NCBI GenBank assembly: GCA_045589295.1
Contig: JAZNOU010000005.1
Span: forward strand, 114,398-178,397
Direction: 5' to 3'
Origin: Clostridia bacterium
Lineage (GTDB): Bacteria > Bacillota > Clostridia > RGIG6154
DNA: 64,000 nucleotides
Below, in pieces: positions 59,342 through 64,000 of this stretch. The notes under the pieces are model-generated. The model searched no databases, was not told where the DNA came from, and worked only from the letters and a program-made list of their open reading frames with translations. A program made the position numbers and the translations under genes. Position 1 is the first letter of the stretch. Every line of letters begins with the position of its first letter.

Positions 59342-60496
59342 ATGAAAGCATATTTGCGAGAAAAAAGGAATGCAAAAACATATTATTGTATTTTAAAGTG
59401 GACCGATGAGAACGGAACACCACAAACAAAAGAGGTTACAACAGGTATCACGATAAAAGGCAATAATAAAAGATTAGCAAAACAAAAGGTGGAAGAAATA
59501 AGAAAGGAGTATGAGAATAAAATTGAGGTGCAAAGAATTGTACCTTGTGATAAAATGTCATTTGATGAATATTTACTCTCTTGGCTAGAAAAGCAGAAAA
59601 GTTTTTTAAAGCCAACGACATACTATGGCTACGAAGGTGTCATAAATAAGCACATTATCCCCTACTTTAAACCTCTAAAAGTATCATTGTCTGATTTGAC
59701 TTCTACACATATACAAAGTTATTACAATAAAAAATTAGAGGAAGGGTTAAGTGCAAATACGGTTAAGCACCATCATGCCAATATTCGAAAAGCTCTGCAA
59801 GAGGCTCTTAGACATAATCTTGTTCCTTGTAATATGGCAGATAGAACAACACTGCCTAGTATTATAAAGTATAAACCTAAAGTGTATAATAAAGCACAAG
59901 TGTTGGAGCTTCTTAAAGCTATAAAGAATACACCACTCGAAAGTGTAGTTATGATATGTATGCACTACGCTCTACGCCGTGGGGAGGTTTGCGGTTTGCG
60001 ATGGAGTGATATTGATTTTGAAAATCGTATCATGTATATACAAAATACAAGAACTTCAGCAAAAACAGAAATATTTCAACAAGGTGCAAAAACGGAAAGT
60101 AGTATACGTCAATATCCACTAAGTGACATGATGTTAAATTTTTTGCTTGACTTACAGGCAAAACAAAAGAAAAATAAATTGTTCTTTGGAACCGGATACA
60201 TAGAAAGTGGATTTTTGTGTACGTGGGATGATGGAAAACCTTTAGGTGTTAGTTATGTTTCTCATGCGTTCGCAACCTTATTAAAAAACAACGGATTACC
60301 ACACATAAGGTTTCATGATATTCGGCACACGGTGGCGACGAATCTTTTAGATAACGGAATAGACTTAAAAATCATTCAAGAATACTTAGGGCATTCAACA
60401 ATGGCTACTACGGCAAATTTTTATTTACATCCTGATATCAAACAAAAAGCAAAGGCACTGAATGTCATGAACGAACTGATTTATAACGAAGCATAA
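59342..60496 (+). CDS. tyrosine integrase (ICEBs1/Tn916-like)
   Basis: ALRRGEVCGL, KT, RFHDIRH, YLGHS...FYLH; adjacent to tRNA-Leu att. Confidence 0.95.
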   Translation: MKAYLREKRNAKTYYCILKWTDENGTPQTKEVTTGITIKGNNKRLAKQKVEEIRKEYENKIEVQRIVPCDKMSFDEYLLSWLEKQKSFLKPTTYYGYEGVINKHIIPYFKPLKVSLSDLTSTHIQSYYNKKLEEGLSANTVKHHHANIRKALQEALRHNLVPCNMADRTTLPSIIKYKPKVYNKAQVLELLKAIKNTPLESVVMICMHYALRRGEVCGLRWSDIDFENRIMYIQNTRTSAKTEIFQQGAKTESSIRQYPLSDMMLNFLLDLQAKQKKNKLFFGTGYIESGFLCTWDDGKPLGVSYVSHAFATLLKNNGLPHIRFHDIRHTVATNLLDNGIDLKIIQEYLGHSTMATTANFYLHPDIKQKAKALNVMNELIYNEA

Positions 60497-60517
60497 TTGG
60501 TGGAAAACTGGTGGAAA
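60497..60517 (+). repeat. integrase arm-type binding sites (right)
   Basis: TTGGTGGAAA-A-CTGGTGGAAA. Confidence 0.8.
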
Positions 60518-60608
60518 AAGAGATTTATCAGCACAAAGAGCATTAGCATAAATGTATTTGAAAAATAAAAAAACGACCCAAAACACTAGGTTTTAAGCCG
60601 TTTCTTTT

Positions 60609-60697
60609 TGGTGCTCGAAACCGGAATCGAACCGGTACGGGGATCACTCCCCACGGGATTTTAAGTCCCGGGCGTCTGCCAGTTCCGCCACTCGAGC
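60609..60697 (-). tRNA. tRNA-Leu(TAA)
   Basis: GCTCGAG acceptor, CGGGA-CT-TAA-AA-TCCCG anticodon arm, long variable arm, GGTTCGATTCC, CCA. Confidence 0.96.
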
Positions 60698-60768
60698 AAT
60701 TATTGTCTTGCGACTTAAATATGATAACATAATTAACAAGGTTTGTCAATATGTTTTTTGTAAAATAT

Positions 60769-62307
60769 TTATATGAGTGGTGCAAAAAGTTTGACAAATT
60801 TCTGATTTATGCGTTTTTTTAAAGGCATTTTCTGCAAATCACTCTTTTTAATCTGTTTGCACTCTACCATTGTTTTGACCAGATCTGATTTTATATCTTT
60901 AATTATTCTGCAACCATAAAAAACTGTTCCATTTTCAAAGTGCAAAAACAAACTTCTAAAATCCATATTCGCAGTACCAACTACAGCAATTTCATCATCA
61001 CTTATAAAAGTCTTGCTATGAACAAAACCGGGAGTATATTCATAAATTTTAACACCTGCATCCAAAAGCACCTTATAATAACTCTGGGTTACCTCAAAGA
61101 CCGTCTTTTTATCAGGAATTCCCGGAAGTATAATTCTTACATCAATCCCACTCTTAGAGGCATTTGTAAGTGCAGAAATCATAGTGTTGTCGATTGCAAG
61201 ATACGGACTTGTTAGATATACATATTTTTCAGCAGTATTTAAAATTGAAACATATAAATTTTCAGATGTCTGATCGTAATCAAGCGGAGAATCGCCATAT
61301 GTTTGTATATATCCCATATCCGCTTTTGCGCCTGTTTTACTTTCGTACAACGGAAGCTCAGGTTTATCGCCGCTTACAAAACACCAGTCTGTCATAAATA
61401 TTGCACTAAGTCCACTTACTGAGTTACCCTTTATTTTAAACGCATTGTCTTTCCATCTTCCAAAACGTACAATTTCGTTTATATATTCGTCAGCAAGATT
61501 AAGTCCGCCTGAATATGCAATTTTATCATCTATTATAATCATTTTTCTGTGATTTCTATGATTAAAAAACCTGTAATCACTTACAGATGAATATATTTTA
61601 AATCTGTTAAATCTGTATGCTCTTATCCCCCATTTTTTAAGCATTTTAGGGTAATCTTTAGGTAAAGATAAAATACACCCGAAATCATCATAAATTAATC
61701 TTACATCTAAACCTTTTTTTGCCTTTTCCTTAAGTATTTCCAAAATACTGTCCCACATTTTTCCGTTCTTTATGATATAATACTCAAGGTAAATATTTTT
61801 TCGCGCTTTTTTTAGTTCTGTTATTAAGTCTGTATAAAAAAGCTCACCAAATGCAAAATATTCAGCTCCTGCATCGTGGTTTACCGGCGCGCCCACAGTA
61901 TTTTGAAGGTATGTTGCAATTCTTGCATACTTCGGAAAAGTTTCACATAACTCATCAATTCTATTTTTAAACCCTACAAGCTTTGTGACAACAGAATTTT
62001 CAACCTTAGAATATGCAATTCTGAATTTGGAATTTGCGTGGTTTCCCCATATTACATAAAACATAAATCCCGTAACAGGCAAAACAACTATTGTTAAAAT
62101 CCACATAAGTTTATAGGCAGGGTTAATTTTGTCGTTGACAACAAGTCCTAGCGAAATAATAATGCTGACTACTGTAACGACAACATAAGCATAACCGCTG
62201 TCTTTTTTAAACACGGCGATAAATGCAAAAACTATAAACATCTGGAATATAAAAAGTATTCCAAACAAAAATGATTTTGACAATAATATTTTTGAGAGTT
62301 TTTTCAA
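60769..62307 (-). CDS. cls: cardiolipin synthase
   Basis: two HKD motifs (NHRKMIIID, VHSKTFISD), N-terminal TMs; TTG start after GAGGTG. Confidence 0.92.
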   Translation of the reverse strand: MKKLSKILLSKSFLFGILFIFQMFIVFAFIAVFKKDSGYAYVVVTVVSIIISLGLVVNDKINPAYKLMWILTIVVLPVTGFMFYVIWGNHANSKFRIAYSKVENSVVTKLVGFKNRIDELCETFPKYARIATYLQNTVGAPVNHDAGAEYFAFGELFYTDLITELKKARKNIYLEYYIIKNGKMWDSILEILKEKAKKGLDVRLIYDDFGCILSLPKDYPKMLKKWGIRAYRFNRFKIYSSVSDYRFFNHRNHRKMIIIDDKIAYSGGLNLADEYINEIVRFGRWKDNAFKIKGNSVSGLSAIFMTDWCFVSGDKPELPLYESKTGAKADMGYIQTYGDSPLDYDQTSENLYVSILNTAEKYVYLTSPYLAIDNTMISALTNASKSGIDVRIILPGIPDKKTVFEVTQSYYKVLLDAGVKIYEYTPGFVHSKTFISDDEIAVVGTANMDFRSLFLHFENGTVFYGCRIIKDIKSDLVKTMVECKQIKKSDLQKMPLKKRINQKFVKLFAPLI

Positions 62308-62439
62308 AAAACAACACCTCTTTGATACAAAAGTATACTCCAAAAGGCAAATTCTGTCAATCGCAGATATACAAGATTGACAATCAAACTTTAAGATGAT
62401 ACAATCATTTAAGTATTTTAAACAAAAAGAGGATTAATT

Positions 62440-63648
62440 ATGAAACTAACATATAAAAGCACATTTATTGCTGCCTGCATTGGCTATATATGTCAAGCTT
62501 TAGTGATAAATTTTGCTCCGCTTTTATTTTACACCTTTCAAAACACATATGGTATTACCGTAAAACAAATTGCATTTTTAATGACTGTAAATTTTTTTGT
62601 TCAACTTCTGGTTGATGCATTATCTGTTAAATTCAGCAATAGAATTGATATAAAGAAAGGCACAATAATAACACACATTTTGTGTACAATTGGTATTGCA
62701 GGCCTTTCTGTTTTCCCGAGAATTTTTCCAAGTCCTTATTTAGGACTTATGACAGCAACCATTATTGCTGCAATAGGCGGTGGGCTTACTGAGGTTTTAA
62801 TAAGTCCTATTGTTGAGGCACTGCCACTAAAACACAAATCATCAGTTATGAGTTTTTTACATTCATTTTATTCATGGGGTCAGGTAATTGTTGTTTTGTT
62901 TTCAACAATATTCTTTAAATTTTTCGGAGCACAAAGATGGTCATATCTCCCGCTCTTGTGGGCTTTGGTGCCATTTATAAACATATTTTTCTTTAGCATA
63001 GTTCCAATTTATAATCTTCCACAAGACGAAGATTTTACTATAAAAAAACTTTTAACCAACAAACTCTTTTTAGCATTTATTATATTAATGCTTGGAGCAG
63101 GTGCAGCAGAAATGACAATGAGCCAGTGGGCATCATATTTTGCCGAAGCAGGTCTTAAAGTTTCAAATACAGTTGGAAATCTTTTAGGTCCTTGCTCATT
63201 TGCTGTTTTAATGGGACTTGCAAGAATTATTTATGGTATCTATGGTTCAAAAGTTGATATGTCAAAAGCATTAGGTTTTTGCAGCATTCTCTGCATCCTA
63301 TGCTATTTAACCGCCTCTCTTTCAAAAAATCCTGTAATAAGTCTAATAAGCTGTGCCGTGTGCGGGTTTTCAGTCGGTATTATGTGGCCCGGTGTTTTAA
63401 GTATTGCCGCAGGAACTTTTAAAAAAGCAGGTCCAGCATTATTTGCCCTTTTAGCTTTAGCTGGTGATGTGGGATGCTCATTAGGACCATATATGGTTGG
63501 CGAAATCTCAAATTTTGTATTAAAAAACCTAGGAAGTTTGGAACAAGGAATAAAAAAAGGTCTTTTATTTACAACATTTTTCCCCATCATTATGCTTGCT
63601 ATTATTTTCATAATAAAAAGCCAAATTAAAAAAAATAAATTTTTTTAA
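62440..63648 (+). CDS. MFS transporter
   Basis: about 12 TM helices, SPIVEALP...MSFLHSFYSWG. Confidence 0.88.
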   Translation: MKLTYKSTFIAACIGYICQALVINFAPLLFYTFQNTYGITVKQIAFLMTVNFFVQLLVDALSVKFSNRIDIKKGTIITHILCTIGIAGLSVFPRIFPSPYLGLMTATIIAAIGGGLTEVLISPIVEALPLKHKSSVMSFLHSFYSWGQVIVVLFSTIFFKFFGAQRWSYLPLLWALVPFINIFFFSIVPIYNLPQDEDFTIKKLLTNKLFLAFIILMLGAGAAEMTMSQWASYFAEAGLKVSNTVGNLLGPCSFAVLMGLARIIYGIYGSKVDMSKALGFCSILCILCYLTASLSKNPVISLISCAVCGFSVGIMWPGVLSIAAGTFKKAGPALFALLALAGDVGCSLGPYMVGEISNFVLKNLGSLEQGIKKGLLFTTFFPIIMLAIIFIIKSQIKKNKFF

Positions 63649-63656
63649 AAAAAGTA

Positions 63657-63685
63657 TTGACAAACAATTTAAACTTTGGTATACT
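63657..63685 (+). promoter_or_regulatory. tRNA operon promoter
   Basis: TTGACA-17-TATACT. Confidence 0.8.
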
Positions 63686-63714
63686 ATAGCAGTCGCTGAT
63701 GAGCGAAGTAGTAT

Positions 63715-63790
63715 GGGAGCATAGCTCAGCTGGGAGAGCATCTGCCTTACAAGCAGAGGGTCATAGGTTCGAGCCCTATTGTTCCCACCA
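63715..63790 (+). tRNA. tRNA-Val(TAC)
   Basis: anticodon arm TCTGC-CT-TAC-AA-GCAGA, CCA end. Confidence 0.96.
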
Positions 63791-63793
63791 TAC

Positions 63794-63870
63794 GGCCCGG
63801 TAGTTCAGTTGGTTAGAACGCCTGCCTGTCACGCAGGAGGTCGAGAGTTCGAGTCTCTTCCGGGTCGCCA
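63794..63870 (+). tRNA. tRNA-Asp(GTC)
   Basis: CCTGC-CT-GTC-AC-GCAGG, CCA end. Confidence 0.96.
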
Positions 63871-63896
63871 TTACTTTTCTCAGAGAAAAGCGACGT

Positions 63897-63972
63897 GCCT
63901 CTGTAGCTCAGTCGGTAGAGCAAGGGACTGAAAATCCCTGTGTCGGTGGTTCGATTCCACCCGGCGGCACCA
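63897..63972 (+). tRNA. tRNA-Phe(GAA)
   Basis: AGGGA-CT-GAA-AA-TCCCT, CCA end. Confidence 0.95.
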
Positions 63973-63975
63973 TAT

Positions 63976-64000
63976 GCGGGCGTAGCTCATCTGGTAGAGC
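63976..64000 (+). tRNA. tRNA 5' fragment (probably Gly), cut by window edge
   Basis: GCGGGCGTAGCTCATCTGGTAGAGC; anticodon not visible. Confidence 0.6.

Larger units (their letters stand above)
37731..60603. mobile_element. integrated phage-satellite-like element in tRNA-Leu(TAA)
   Basis: 65-bp att repeats, integrase/excisionase at right end, tape measure protein, helicase, HU-like genes; no head or lysis genes recognised. Confidence 0.85.

Noticed and set aside
37731-60603. Complete prophage, tailocin or ICE
   Set aside because: No head, tail tube, baseplate, lysis or T4SS/relaxase genes recognised.
63897-63972. Acceptor-stem mismatch in tRNA-Phe as a sign of a pseudogene
   Set aside because: Single mismatch in an otherwise canonical tRNA within a normal Val-Asp-Phe operon.

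Overview
AT-rich Firmicutes (Clostridia-like) chromosomal window. The housekeeping backbone holds an acyl-CoA synthetase operon, argCJBDF, a copper P-type ATPase, a T-box-led DAHP synthase, an AraC-controlled amino-sugar cluster, cls, an MFS transporter and a tRNA operon. Two integrated elements interrupt it. (1) About 15.9 kb (12863-28760): a large-serine-recombinase element with an HUH Rep. It splits the host tRNA-Pro(CGG) in the D-loop, carries a complete replacement tRNA-Pro and a second attL-like scar from a different tRNA, and ends in an AbiH + HEPN-like + membrane-protein cassette. (2) About 22.9 kb (37731-60603): a tyrosine-integrase element in tRNA-Leu(TAA) with intact att repeats and arm sites. 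It encodes a 1691-aa tail tape measure protein with two upstream tail-type genes, three HU-like proteins and an SF2-like helicase, but no recognisable capsid, portal, terminase, tail tube or lysis genes. This candidate tape-measure-encoding phage satellite is the most interesting system here. All product calls come from motif recognition by eye; no database searches were run.
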